Assembly: GCA_022979955.1 (NCBI GenBank)
Contig: GCA_022979955.1_3642.1
DNA length: 64,000 nt
Strand: one strand, 5' to 3'
Source of the DNA: a phage
Shown: in pieces, positions 45,527 to 54,981 of the stretch
Layout of the letters: each line of letters starts with the position of its first letter
Position numbering within the stretch: position 1 is the stretch's first letter
The notes under the pieces: generated by a model
Database searches by the model: none
Told to the model about the DNA's origin: nothing
The model's input: only the letters and a program-made list of their open reading frames with translations
Made by a program: the position numbers and the translations under genes

Positions 45527-46662
45527 ATTGCTCCAACATTTCTAAGAACGTTAACAAGTTTTGTTTGATCATTGAATGTCCGCTTCATATACAAACAGTC
45601 AAAAATTATACTCATCCACTGACCTACGGAAATTCTACGATCAATACCATTGAAATCAGTATACTTAACAACACCTTTCGGGAACCACTTCTTGTACTGA
45701 TCAATAATAGCCACCCACATCTCCTTTGGAGTGCTGCACTGAGACAGCAGGTAGAATGCTGAGGCATCCCCGAACTTACCCTTACCGATAAGTCCTTGAT
45801 ACGGCTTGATGTTGTCGGCAGAGTCACCACACAGCATTTGGTATCCGAAGAACAGCATTCCGTAACCACCAACCTCTCCATTAGGCTTCATGAAGATGTT
45901 ACCCATACCGTTATCGATCAGCATAGGGGTTTCCCTTACAAAATCTCCCTTATCGTTTCGCATGGGATCGAACACAAGCCCCGGTAGTGTTCTTTGGTCC
46001 TTATCAATAGAGATAATAAACTTGTTGAACTTACCTGTTTTTTGGTAGTGGTTCCAACCTTCAAATTGCTGGATAGCTAACCAGTCATCAGCCTCGATAC
46101 CGTTGATCACTTGAGCATTATACTGCTTTTGGAGATACTGTCTTGCATCTCCAAGCAGCAGTGGTCGAAGAGTATTGTTACGGTTGGCTTTATATCTTTC
46201 CGGCATGGGAAGATCTAGTCTGAAATTACCTGTGCCTCCAAGTACCCCCACGCACCGATCTTCCGGAATACCGAGATAATTAAGGACTGCATTAGCTTTA
46301 CACTTAATTGTGTGCAAGCAGTTCTCTACAGGATCAGGGGTTTGGATATCCAAGACATCGAAATCTTCCCGTGTCCACGGAATAAACTCCTTGCCAGCCT
46401 TTTTACATGCAGCTTCACGGTTGGTATTCTCAGCTTTTAACCAACCACCAACGGTGTTCTTCTGCCGCCCCCAGAACTCTGTTCGTGTTTTAAACATCTT
46501 CTTACGTCCGGAGGCTTTGTGTGTTACCTCAATTGTCCTTTTTTCACAACTTGCTGCAGCTTGATATGCAACCTGATCGAAGTCATAATAAACTATAGCG
46601 TCAGGTTCAAGAAGATCAGCCAGACAATCTATGGACTCAATAAGTGGATATTCTCTACTCAA
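45523..46662 (-). CDS. 5'-3' exonuclease / flap endonuclease (RNase H-like, FEN family)
   Basis: GIEADDW and CGDSADNI motifs. Confidence 0.55.
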   Translation of the reverse strand: MSREYPLIESIDCLADLLEPDAIVYYDFDQVAYQAAASCEKRTIEVTHKASGRKKMFKTRTEFWGRQKNTVGGWLKAENTNREAACKKAGKEFIPWTREDFDVLDIQTPDPVENCLHTIKCKANAVLNYLGIPEDRCVGVLGGTGNFRLDLPMPERYKANRNNTLRPLLLGDARQYLQKQYNAQVINGIEADDWLAIQQFEGWNHYQKTGKFNKFIISIDKDQRTLPGLVFDPMRNDKGDFVRETPMLIDNGMGNIFMKPNGEVGGYGMLFFGYQMLCGDSADNIKPYQGLIGKGKFGDASAFYLLSQCSTPKEMWVAIIDQYKKWFPKGVVKYTDFNGIDRRISVGQWMSIIFDCLYMKRTFNDQTKLVNVLRNVGAI

Positions 46663-46963
46663 AGACCCTCCTGTTAGTTATTCTGCAAGATGGTTGGATG
46701 CTGTAATGGAATGCATCATCACTTTCTGCAATAAGTGACTCAACATCCCAATACTTTTCAAAAAGGAACGGATTAGAACCCCAGTGATGAGTTATTTTCA
46801 TCAAGGAGTCTGGTATCAGATAACCAGAGATCTTAACTACATCGCCAGGTTGAATTGTGTTTTCATGAAGGTTGCTTGCCTTCTTCAGGATCATACCTTT
46901 ATGATTCTCGTTTGCATACAACTGGACAATATCTTTATCTTCAACAATAAAAATTTTAAGCAT
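46655..46963 (-). CDS. hypothetical protein
   Basis: ORF track. Confidence 0.45.
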   Translation of the reverse strand: MLKIFIVEDKDIVQLYANENHKGMILKKASNLHENTIQPGDVVKISGYLIPDSLMKITHHWGSNPFLFEKYWDVESLIAESDDAFHYSIQPSCRITNRRVFE

Positions 46964-47022
46964 ATCTAGTTCTCCTGGTTTATAAATATCTGAACGATAA
47001 TATCAGATTAATAACACTTTTG

Positions 47023-47316
47023 TCAAGACTTTTTAGTCTTTCTTGGAGAGCTTTTTGTTGATCTTTTCCTTTTGTGGTAGATTCCAAGTGCAGCGTTTTC
47101 TTGGGCGCACGTTTTAACAGTTCTCAGACAAGAACTTTCAGCTTTAGGCAGGTTTAACTCCCACCAACCAAGCCAGTAAAGTTCTGATTCAGACAACTGC
47201 TCAGATTCAGCCTTCCGATACAAGGCTTGCATACCTCTGATGATATCGTCCAGAGGTGTATCGAATACAAAAGCTGTCTTATCGAATTTCTCTTTTACAG
47301 GTTTCTTAGCCATCAA
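47023..47316 (-). CDS. hypothetical basic protein
   Basis: ORF track. Confidence 0.4.
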   Translation of the reverse strand: MMAKKPVKEKFDKTAFVFDTPLDDIIRGMQALYRKAESEQLSESELYWLGWWELNLPKAESSCLRTVKTCAQENAALGIYHKRKRSTKSSPRKTKKS

Positions 47317-47770
47317 GGTAACCCTCTATCCACGAAAAGTCAGTCTTCCATTCTGGAACTTTACTAAGCTCACGCCACTCTGCAAAGCAGTCTCGGTAAT
47401 AGGCCTCTGCCATACCCTTGGTGATCTTATTCACCTTAGCTAACTGACTAACTGCCTGAGCATACTTTCCACGGATACTTGCTAACCCAGGATGCACCGA
47501 TGTGTGACAATCTGGGCACAACGCTATCAGTCCGACAAGCCGGATCACTCCCTCTTCGAAAGTGTAAAGTTCATGACACTCCACTGGGTGTTTGCTGCCT
47601 TTACCGCCGCACACCTCACAGGTGTAGTTGGCTTCTCTATAGCACTTCTTGCGGATCTTATCCCACTCACTCTTCTTCACAGCGTTTCGGAGGTTATTAT
47701 ACCAAGCTGTTTCTGGGATCAGTTGCACAATAAGCCTGCGTTCAGACTTCATTAAACGTCCGTCTTCCAC
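47306..47770 (-). CDS. zinc-finger / HNH-like protein
   Basis: CEVCGG...H....CPDCH cysteine/histidine pattern. Confidence 0.4.
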   Translation of the reverse strand: MEDGRLMKSERRLIVQLIPETAWYNNLRNAVKKSEWDKIRKKCYREANYTCEVCGGKGSKHPVECHELYTFEEGVIRLVGLIALCPDCHTSVHPGLASIRGKYAQAVSQLAKVNKITKGMAEAYYRDCFAEWRELSKVPEWKTDFSWIEGYLDG

Positions 47771-47779
47771 GTATTCTCC

Positions 47780-47986
47780 TCACTCAAAGAAATGGGTGCG
47801 AGGACAAGATCCAGCCTCGCCTTGTTTCACAAGCTCGTAGAGCTCACCTTGACTTGTCTCATAAAGGCAAATACGTTTACCATTGTCCCGATATACATCG
47901 ACAAGATACGCTGTTTCACCTGCAAACACGACACCACAGGCCAGACATGCTGCCATGAACAAAATTGCCAACAGAAAGTCTTTCAT
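47780..47986 (-). CDS. putative small lipoprotein
   Basis: hydrophobic N-terminus with lipobox-like FMAAC. Confidence 0.4.
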   Translation of the reverse strand: MKDFLLAILFMAACLACGVVFAGETAYLVDVYRDNGKRICLYETSQGELYELVKQGEAGSCPRTHFFE

Positions 47987-48049
47987 GGTTAAACCCTCCT
48001 AAACATTTTATGAGGTAACAATACCACGTCCGTGTGGTTATGTCAATGA

Positions 48050-48520
48050 TCAATCAAGGACAACACCGCCTGCCTTTTTAAACACCTCGATCAACTTCTC
48101 AATCTTCTGTTCATGCTGACCATATCCAGCACCAGGCAACGAAGCCCAGCGGGAACGGCATTTATGGATAGCCTCGTGGATACGCCCTTCGTCAATGTCG
48201 GCGAGAGCCTTGCACTCACGGATCAGTTGCAACGCAATCTTGTCCTGACTGGCAGGGCCAAAATCTGGCAATCCTAACTGTTCCATGTAGTGTTTAGCAA
48301 ACTTCTCCAAAACCTGGTAACGCCCAGCAGCGGAGGAGGTAAGTTTAGCATTTAGCTTAACGTAAACACCGGGATGCTTGCTGTAATCGCTGAACAGCTT
48401 GCCTCCGACTATGACATCGTATCCCCGATCCTTGGTAGGTTGTCTACCATTATCTGTGCCTTCCGAATATGCGATCATATCCAAGAAAGCCTTTCGTTGA
48501 ACATTTTTATCAAGTTTCAT
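48050..48520 (-). CDS. endolysin, lambda R-type lytic transglycosylase
   Basis: NVQRKAFLDMIAYSEGTDNGRQ...YDVIVGG...SAAGRYQ...WASLPGAGYGQ closely tracks lambda R (recalled). Confidence 0.85.
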   Translation of the reverse strand: MKLDKNVQRKAFLDMIAYSEGTDNGRQPTKDRGYDVIVGGKLFSDYSKHPGVYVKLNAKLTSSAAGRYQVLEKFAKHYMEQLGLPDFGPASQDKIALQLIRECKALADIDEGRIHEAIHKCRSRWASLPGAGYGQHEQKIEKLIEVFKKAGGVVLD

Positions 48521-48662
48521 TTTTCATACTCTCCAGTTCACTCATAACGAGCCCCGATCAGCACCACTGTGTGGTGTGGCTAGGTTGCACAGTTCATACA
48601 TCAGGGCATATGTAGGTGCAAATTGAAAACACTTATTCAATTGGCTACTAAACATACCTAAA

Positions 48663-49946
48663 TTATTCCAGCACCTCCCAAGTGTCTGGGTTAACATTTC
48701 GGACGCAGATACCGACAGGGAATTGGTAGTTGTTGTCTTCTGTCCTTGCTTGATATTTGAAGGTGACAAACTTGCCGATCATTTCCTGCATTCTGTCATA
48801 GCTACGCTCCTCGTGCGTACCTTTCATCTTCATTTTAACAACAATACCTTCCTTGTCAACACAGATAAGAACACCTTCATCATTCTTATCTTTCTCAACG
48901 TCAATAACTTTCACCTCTGCGTCGTTGAACTTTTTCCATTTCAATGCTTCAGATGTTCGCTGACCGTACTCATATTTACCACAGAAGTTACGCATAATGG
49001 TACCTTCATATCCTTCGGACATGAATATACCAACAGATTCTTCGCAATGATCAACTGTGTACGCAAGCTCTGCGTCAACAACCTTGATATGGTCAAGCAT
49101 CAGAGTGGTAACGGTATCCTCTGCATCCATAAGATCCTTGCAGCGTCCAGACTCTGTTTCGGGATCCCACCACACCTTGTCGCTAGGAATATCAAAAATG
49201 TGATACTCCAGATCGTAGCTACAGTACCCACCGTAACGCAAATCATCACGAACAGGCTCAACATCGACAGGAATATCTACCTTGTTGAAGTTTTTGTATG
49301 TTGATAAGCCGGACTTAATTGCGGCATGACGGCGTTTTTTATCTGCCTCATAGTCTTTATCGATCTCGGCCTGAATCTCTTCCTGTGTGCGCCACCGTTT
49401 AGCAAGAGACACTATTTTCTGCAAAGGAAGACCATGAATGTATAGTTCCCCATCAAGTTGTTTAATCCCAGTGGTAGAATGGAAAGAACGAAGTTGCTCT
49501 AAAAGCTTTCCTTGAATAGGGTAGGACTTATTACCACGGGAAATAAATTTAGGCTCACCATTTTGGAAAACAACAAGCAGACGAAGGCCATCTAACTTAC
49601 GCAAGATCCAGCAAGGTAGTTTAAGTGCCTTGCCACGCTTCAGGTAGTCATGCACCAGCATGGGTAAAAGATCAACACCCTGCTCGCAATCTTCCATGTT
49701 TTCAACATACCCAAGACGGACTTGTTTTTCCCACTTGCTGATAGCCTCAAGCTCGGCCTGTTGCTCAGCTGTAGTCTCATTGGCACGACCTACGTTCTTA
49801 GGTGTGCATACCGTCTCTTTGTACTGCAATTTACCGTCAAGCTTGCCAAACTCTACGATAACCTTTTCGCCATCAGTGAATACTTTCCACTGTTGGTAGC
49901 TGCCATCTTTGTTCAGTGCGTACAGTGTTGTTTTGATTTGATGCAT
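48663..49946 (-). CDS. ATP-dependent DNA ligase
   Basis: motif I KLDGLR, motif III GELYIHG, motif IV EGTIMRN, motif V KWKKF. Confidence 0.65.
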   Translation of the reverse strand: MHQIKTTLYALNKDGSYQQWKVFTDGEKVIVEFGKLDGKLQYKETVCTPKNVGRANETTAEQQAELEAISKWEKQVRLGYVENMEDCEQGVDLLPMLVHDYLKRGKALKLPCWILRKLDGLRLLVVFQNGEPKFISRGNKSYPIQGKLLEQLRSFHSTTGIKQLDGELYIHGLPLQKIVSLAKRWRTQEEIQAEIDKDYEADKKRRHAAIKSGLSTYKNFNKVDIPVDVEPVRDDLRYGGYCSYDLEYHIFDIPSDKVWWDPETESGRCKDLMDAEDTVTTLMLDHIKVVDAELAYTVDHCEESVGIFMSEGYEGTIMRNFCGKYEYGQRTSEALKWKKFNDAEVKVIDVEKDKNDEGVLICVDKEGIVVKMKMKGTHEERSYDRMQEMIGKFVTFKYQARTEDNNYQFPVGICVRNVNPDTWEVLE

Positions 49947-50215
49947 TACTCGGCCTCTTCCTTAAAAATTTTAAACATCTCTTCTTTACTCATTACCAAC
50001 CAGTCTCCCATAAAGTCAACTAGCCAATCTCCCTGGTACAAGACAAGGTTACCAAAAGGCTCGACAAGCTCACACATGCGACGAAGATCTCTGGTCCGAA
50101 CAGGTGACGATGTAAACACACCTGTATCAATCCACCGTTGCAGATCAGATACTGATGAAGAGCTTCCGTCAAACTGGTGGGCTTCTACAGGTTTAGCAAG
50201 ATTAAATAACGGCAT
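49946..50215 (-). CDS. hypothetical protein
   Basis: ORF track. Confidence 0.4.
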   Translation of the reverse strand: MPLFNLAKPVEAHQFDGSSSSVSDLQRWIDTGVFTSSPVRTRDLRRMCELVEPFGNLVLYQGDWLVDFMGDWLVMSKEEMFKIFKEEAE

Positions 50216-50540
50216 TGCAGTCCTCCTTATCTAATAGATCTTTTATTGGGTAAACAAGCAGGTGTGGATCGTAATAATTTATAGTTTTATTCTGCCACAC
50301 TATGAACTTAATTACAACTAAATTTACCACATCTTTATCTCCATGTAGTCCAACACACAGATTTGTCCATATTTTGTGGTTGAATACTTTGCTGTCGATG
50401 TAGATCTTAGTGTCAAACTTATCCTCTATCCTGCCTATAAGTTTAACCAACTCTTTCATCTGATCCCCAAACACAGCATCGTTTTCAAGATCTCTAGAGT
50501 GCTTGTACATAACTATCTGCCTCACTTGCATACTTTCCAC
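50202..50540 (-). CDS. hypothetical protein
   Basis: ORF track. Confidence 0.4.
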   Translation of the reverse strand: MESMQVRQIVMYKHSRDLENDAVFGDQMKELVKLIGRIEDKFDTKIYIDSKVFNHKIWTNLCVGLHGDKDVVNLVVIKFIVWQNKTINYYDPHLLVYPIKDLLDKEDCNAVI

Positions 50541-50573
50541 AACAAGTAAAGCCGGGTAATCCCGGCCATGTTG

Positions 50574-51287
50574 TTAAATATACTCTGCTACATCCTTGAA
50601 GCTCGAAGGCTTCATGATCTTACCTTTACTGTCAAGGAATATGATAACTTTATTACCGTTGTAGAATTCTTCCTTAGCAACAAAACCTTCATATCGACCA
50701 TCAAAGCGTCGCTCAAGATCTTTAATCTCCAACTCTATGAGTTGTTCAGCAGGCATATCTGCACTGGCACCGTGTGAATACCGTAGATGGTTGACCCGTG
50801 CAAACTTGCTGTCATTCGATTTGAGAACCTTACGCATCATCCCGCACACATCGCCGCGAAGCTGGAACAGCAAAGCTGTTGACAACTCCGCTAAACGGTA
50901 AGCTGACGCTCTTTGCTTGGATGTGTTTTTCGCAGCGATCAGTGTGTCATAGAACTCACCGATCTTGAACTTAAGACCTCGTGGATTATCAAACAGGTTT
51001 GACCACTTTTCGTGATTGTCATTAACAAGATAAGCTGCATAACTTGTGACAACGTGAAGATCGCAGGCCTCCTTTAGCAGGTGATCTCCACCATCACCTT
51101 TCTCCAGCTCTTCCAAAACTTCATTGAACTCTTCCTCAATGAAGCTAAGCTGTAATTCGAATGGTGTGTATGATTTTTTCACTTTAGCTGCCACACGGTT
51201 CCAGTTTTCCACCCAGTTGGCAGACCAAAGGTAGTTTTCAGGTTGGGATAGTTTTTCCAGGTTGTCAATTAATTTAGTATTCAGCAT
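50574..51287 (-). CDS. MazG-like all-alpha NTP pyrophosphohydrolase domain protein
   Basis: SFIEEEFNEVLEELEKGD...KEACDL resembles EExxE/ExxD metal-binding helices of MazG/HisE. Confidence 0.4.
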   Translation of the reverse strand: MLNTKLIDNLEKLSQPENYLWSANWVENWNRVAAKVKKSYTPFELQLSFIEEEFNEVLEELEKGDGGDHLLKEACDLHVVTSYAAYLVNDNHEKWSNLFDNPRGLKFKIGEFYDTLIAAKNTSKQRASAYRLAELSTALLFQLRGDVCGMMRKVLKSNDSKFARVNHLRYSHGASADMPAEQLIELEIKDLERRFDGRYEGFVAKEEFYNGNKVIIFLDSKGKIMKPSSFKDVAEYI

Positions 51288-51300
51288 TAAAGGTCTCCTT

Positions 51301-52062
51301 TTAAAGTTCCATAAAGTTTTCTACAGTCTCAATGAATGTTTTATCAGAGAAGGCATCAACCGCACCGTTAAACCAAACTGGGATGCCACGATCCTCATAC
51401 TGGTAAATATCACTACGTGAAATGCCATTCTCCTCTAGATGCTGTGAGTCGTATTTATTAACGATCAGTAGTTTGGTTCCCTTATTGCAGGCAGGGAATA
51501 GCTCCCAGTTAAAATTGATAACTGTGTTGGAGCACCCTACAAGGATAACCATATCATTGCTCGTAAGAGAAGTCAACAGGTCATACATGTCTGTATACTT
51601 CGGAGCTACTTCTCCGAAGAACACCACATTAGGCTTAACCCAGGTATACTTTCCTGCGTCTACCTCAGAGTATCCAATGTCCTTAATGACGTCACTTCCT
51701 TCATCGTCCTCATAGACTATTTCTGGCAAATACCCGTGGACATGTAAAATATCTTCATGTTTTACACCAGCACGCTCCAGCAAATCATCTACATTGGTGG
51801 TAAGGTTGATCACACGACCAGACCAGCGGGAATACCACTCAGCGATCCGAAGATGTGCAAGGTTAGGCTCAACACTGCCTAAAGCTACACGACGTGCATT
51901 GTAAAAGTCATGCACCTTATAGTAGTTCTTGGCAAAGGTGTGGATGTTGCACACCTCATCGATGCTGAAATTCTCCCACATTGCAGTGCTACCAGATCGG
52001 AAAGTGGGAATACCAGATTCAGCGCTCAAACCAGCACCGGAGATAATAATCAGTCGTCGCAT
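51301..52062 (-). CDS. Sir2-family (sirtuin-like) NAD-dependent protein, apparently lacking Zn-ribbon
   Basis: GAGLSAESGIPTFR, TTNVDDLLERAG, VHGYL, VVFFGE motifs; no CxxC pairs between them. Confidence 0.7.
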   Translation of the reverse strand: MRRLIIISGAGLSAESGIPTFRSGSTAMWENFSIDEVCNIHTFAKNYYKVHDFYNARRVALGSVEPNLAHLRIAEWYSRWSGRVINLTTNVDDLLERAGVKHEDILHVHGYLPEIVYEDDEGSDVIKDIGYSEVDAGKYTWVKPNVVFFGEVAPKYTDMYDLLTSLTSNDMVILVGCSNTVINFNWELFPACNKGTKLLIVNKYDSQHLEENGISRSDIYQYEDRGIPVWFNGAVDAFSDKTFIETVENFMEL

Positions 52063-52070
52063 AAGTGTCC

Positions 52071-52421
52071 TCAGTAGATGTTTTGTTTAATCTCTATTCC
52101 AAACTTTTTAAACGAGTCAGCTGCAAGCATGAATTTACGAGCCGCTGATGGGTTAGAAGTATGCACGAAAATCTTCACGTTGTCAACTACAGGAGGCTTA
52201 CCAAATACAAATTTTTCCTCCAACATAGATAGGCAATCGTACCCTTCGAATACCTCTCCAAGGTCGTTGTCCATATGCCACTCAGAAACGCGTCTGTAGA
52301 GCTTTCTATTATCGTTAATAAAATCTATAAACTCGGAGGAATTCTTTAGCCAAACAGCGTCTTGGAGCCCGTACTTTGACGGATCTCTCAAGTCATCCAG
52401 CCACACAATCAACTTCTTCAT
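52071..52421 (-). CDS. hypothetical protein (possible CheY-like receiver fold)
   Basis: ORF 52071..52451 trimmed to MKKLIV start at 52421 abutting RNA ligase stop; DD...D...T pattern IVWLDD / HMDNDLGE / VHTSNP. Confidence 0.4.
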   Translation of the reverse strand: MKKLIVWLDDLRDPSKYGLQDAVWLKNSSEFIDFINDNRKLYRRVSEWHMDNDLGEVFEGYDCLSMLEEKFVFGKPPVVDNVKIFVHTSNPSAARKFMLAADSFKKFGIEIKQNIY

Positions 52422-53353
52422 TGCATATAGTCCTCGTTGTGAAAATAGCAATCAAGTATCTCACGGCGTTCCTGCTCCAGGAGGCAGTTCCACACATCTT
52501 CTGTGTAATTGCTACGAATGAAGTTTACCATGCCGTAAAACTCTTCGTCAATACGTTTAAAGATATCATCATCCCAAATCTTCCAAGCTTTACCCCTCAT
52601 TACGGCCTTCCGTGCCAAATAGTATGGAGACTTGATCTTCAGCTGCAGGTCATAAGGGTAGTAAGGCTTACGGATCATATACCCTTCGCCCCTTGTTTCT
52701 GCAGCTAATTCTTTTGCATAGCTGAACGGGATTTCACGCACAGTGTGAGGACGTTTTGCACCAAGGTATTTGGCAATCCCATCTAAAGCTGCTTCTGGTA
52801 GCATTATTCCAGAATCATTATATCTGCAACCTATCAAATATGCGCCATGGTCTTCTTGAACAATATGCGGATCTGAAGGGTGACAAATTTCAAACATGAA
52901 TGTCATGTTTTCATTGCCCATAACCTTCTTGATAAGATCTAAATTACCACATTGCTCTTGGATGGTTTCCTTTGCAAGGTTACAATATGGAGAATCAAGA
53001 GACCCGGTTGTTGAGAACAATAGGTCACCTTTATGAGATGATACCACACCAAGGAATCCGTTCTTTTTCTCTACCGCAGTCACAAGCTTATTGTCAGGCA
53101 GGTTGGTGGAGTTTTCTCCCAAGTTAAACACTTTTGTGAAGGGCCATGCCACAACATTTCCTTCATTACCTACAACAATGCCTCGGCACTCCAGTAAACG
53201 AGGGGACAAATGCCATAAATTGTTGTAAAATACTTTTCTAGCATATTTATAGATCTTTAACCCGAGATCTGGGTAATACCTACTGGTTACAAGACCTTTG
53301 TCAACTAGGTCGTCTGCATTAAAATACTTCATCATACGTTCCTCATTTGTCAT
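52418..53353 (-). CDS. Rnl1-family RNA ligase
   Basis: LLECRGIVVGNEG...TKVFNLGEN...TAVEKKNGFLGVV tracks T4 Rnl1 segment ALECRGIMF...KFFNLNEN...TKEDGSLVS (recalled), incl. motif I lysine. Confidence 0.65.
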   Translation of the reverse strand: MTNEERMMKYFNADDLVDKGLVTSRYYPDLGLKIYKYARKVFYNNLWHLSPRLLECRGIVVGNEGNVVAWPFTKVFNLGENSTNLPDNKLVTAVEKKNGFLGVVSSHKGDLLFSTTGSLDSPYCNLAKETIQEQCGNLDLIKKVMGNENMTFMFEICHPSDPHIVQEDHGAYLIGCRYNDSGIMLPEAALDGIAKYLGAKRPHTVREIPFSYAKELAAETRGEGYMIRKPYYPYDLQLKIKSPYYLARKAVMRGKAWKIWDDDIFKRIDEEFYGMVNFIRSNYTEDVWNCLLEQERREILDCYFHNEDYMQ

Positions 53354-53396
53354 TTTGTCAGTCTATCCTGCCACACAAATAACCTGGTGTCAACAC

Positions 53397-53425
53397 TTGA
53401 AATTAACAAAACAGTTAGGTATACT
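53397..53425 (+). promoter_or_regulatory. sigma70-like promoter TTGAAA-N17-TATACT
   Basis: divergent intergenic region; hexamers read directly. Confidence 0.45.
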
Positions 53426-53453
53426 ATCGTTGAAATTAAAACGGAGGGTCACT

Positions 53454-53864
53454 ATGTCTAAAATGCTATATATCGTGCGTGGTCTGCCAGGGTCTGGCAA
53501 ATCAACACTGGCAAATGCGCTATCTTTAGAGGGTCTGTATCCACATTTTGAGAACGACATGTTCTGGTATGACGATGACGGCAATTACAACTGGGATGCA
53601 AGTAAAGTAACACTCGCAGCGAAATGGTGCAAAGATAACGTAGAAGATATGATGCGTATGGGATACGACCGTATCGTGGTAAGTAATACGTTTACAAAAG
53701 AAAAACATGTGCAGGAATATGTTGACATGGCAATCAGTCATGGGTATAGTTATACCGTGATCGTGGTTGAAAACCGCCACGGTAATAAAAGCATTCATGA
53801 TGTTCCAGACAAGGTTGTGGATCGTATGGAACGCCAGCTTAAAAACTGCATTAAACTTAAATGA
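53454..53864 (+). CDS. polynucleotide kinase-like P-loop kinase
   Basis: ORF 53298..53864 trimmed to ATG with GGAGGG SD; P-loop GLPGSGKST as in T4 Pnk kinase domain. Confidence 0.55.
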   Translation: MSKMLYIVRGLPGSGKSTLANALSLEGLYPHFENDMFWYDDDGNYNWDASKVTLAAKWCKDNVEDMMRMGYDRIVVSNTFTKEKHVQEYVDMAISHGYSYTVIVVENRHGNKSIHDVPDKVVDRMERQLKNCIKLK

Positions 53865-53871
53865 GGAATGT

Positions 53872-54426
53872 ATGAAATACTTTGTAACAAGCGACACACA
53901 CTTTCTCCACCAGCGGGTCATGGAGTTCGATTCATGTCAAAAACACAGATCTCAGTATGATCACAATCTTGACAGTATGAATGCGGGAATCATCACCAAG
54001 TGGAACTCTGTTGTGTCACCTGCAGACACTGTGTTTCACTTGGGAGATATTGCGTGCACTAATGATAAGAATATCAACAAATTGCTCCCAGATGTTCTAA
54101 ATATGTTGAACGGACATATTATTCTTGTTCGTGGTAACCATGACACAAGGACGACTGTCAGAATTATGAAAGAGTTCGGTCATGAGGTTGTAGATTATTA
54201 CGAGCTTCGCCACAACAAGAATTTGATCTGTATGAGCCATTACCAGTTTGCAAAGTGGAACAGAAAGCCTCACGGATCAGTCCAACTGTTCGGTCATGCT
54301 CACGGAACCACACAGCAGTTGTTTGGCAGGCAGTTTGATGTCGGTTGGGATGTGTGGGGGAGACTCTTACCATTAGAAGAGGCATACCGTATTGCAATGA
54401 GTCTTGCTATTGACAGCGGGGAGTAA
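53872..54426 (+). CDS. metallophosphoesterase (calcineurin-like phosphatase)
   Basis: ORF 53767..54426 trimmed to ATG with GAGGA SD; VTSDTHF, HLGDI, VRGNHD motifs. Confidence 0.6.
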   Translation: MKYFVTSDTHFLHQRVMEFDSCQKHRSQYDHNLDSMNAGIITKWNSVVSPADTVFHLGDIACTNDKNINKLLPDVLNMLNGHIILVRGNHDTRTTVRIMKEFGHEVVDYYELRHNKNLICMSHYQFAKWNRKPHGSVQLFGHAHGTTQQLFGRQFDVGWDVWGRLLPLEEAYRIAMSLAIDSGE

Positions 54427-54473
54427 TCCCTGCTATTTTAAAGAAAATTGCCACACAAGGAGAATCAGGAGAT

Positions 54474-54824
54474 ATGAAAGATGGGGATAAGCTGCTATAT
54501 CTTAAAGTCCCCCTTGAAATACTGTCTATGTCAAAAGTTTTGAATGACACAACTGGGGAGGTTGTTGTTCTTGACTTATATGACAAGATCGTATACTGCT
54601 ACCTGCACAACTGGTATAAGCTTGGAGGAAATTCACGCTTCACACCCAGCACAAGGAAAATTGCAGCAGATGTTGGGATAAAGAAAACAAAAGCAGCAGC
54701 GTGCGTTAAAACTTTAGAATGTGCAGGAGTGGTTGAAATATCCACACAAGGGAGAGGTAAAAGATGTACATTTTCCAAAGTTTTGCCACCAGAAGAGGTT
54801 ATTCGAATGTCAACAACTGGTTAG
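54474..54824 (+). CDS. winged-helix/HTH DNA-binding protein (candidate origin-binding or regulatory protein)
   Basis: TRKIAADVGIKKTKAAACVKTLECAGVV HTH-like segment; GAATCAGGAGA SD; iterons immediately downstream. Confidence 0.45.
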   Translation: MKDGDKLLYLKVPLEILSMSKVLNDTTGEVVVLDLYDKIVYCYLHNWYKLGGNSRFTPSTRKIAADVGIKKTKAAACVKTLECAGVVEISTQGRGKRCTFSKVLPPEEVIRMSTTG

Positions 54825-54895
54825 ACCAGTAAAAACTTAAATATCTGTACTATAAGGATTCGTATGTTTTATGTTCGCTCTGGAACAGAGGTCAG

Positions 54896-54981
54896 TAACT
54901 GTCCGTGATACGGACACTACTGTCCGTCACGCGGACACATCTGCCCGTAATACGGACACTAACTGTCCGTGATACGGACAC
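54896..54981. repeat. four tandem 21-22 bp iterons, each with core GTCCGT-N3/4-ACGGACAC
   Basis: 54896..54917, 54918..54938, 54939..54959, 54960..54981 read directly; copies 1 and 4 identical. Confidence 0.7.

Noticed and set aside
48542-48769. 75-aa ORF on - strand
   Set aside because: Overlaps the 3' end of the ligase gene in another frame and the endolysin upstream region; no SD.
48723-50234. + strand ORFs 48723..49304 and 49722..50234
   Set aside because: Antisense to the ligase gene (clear KxDG motif set) and neighbouring - strand genes; hydrophobic low-complexity translations.
54896-54981. Possible CRISPR array
   Set aside because: The four repeats are contiguous with no unique spacers between them; this is iteron architecture, not repeat-spacer.
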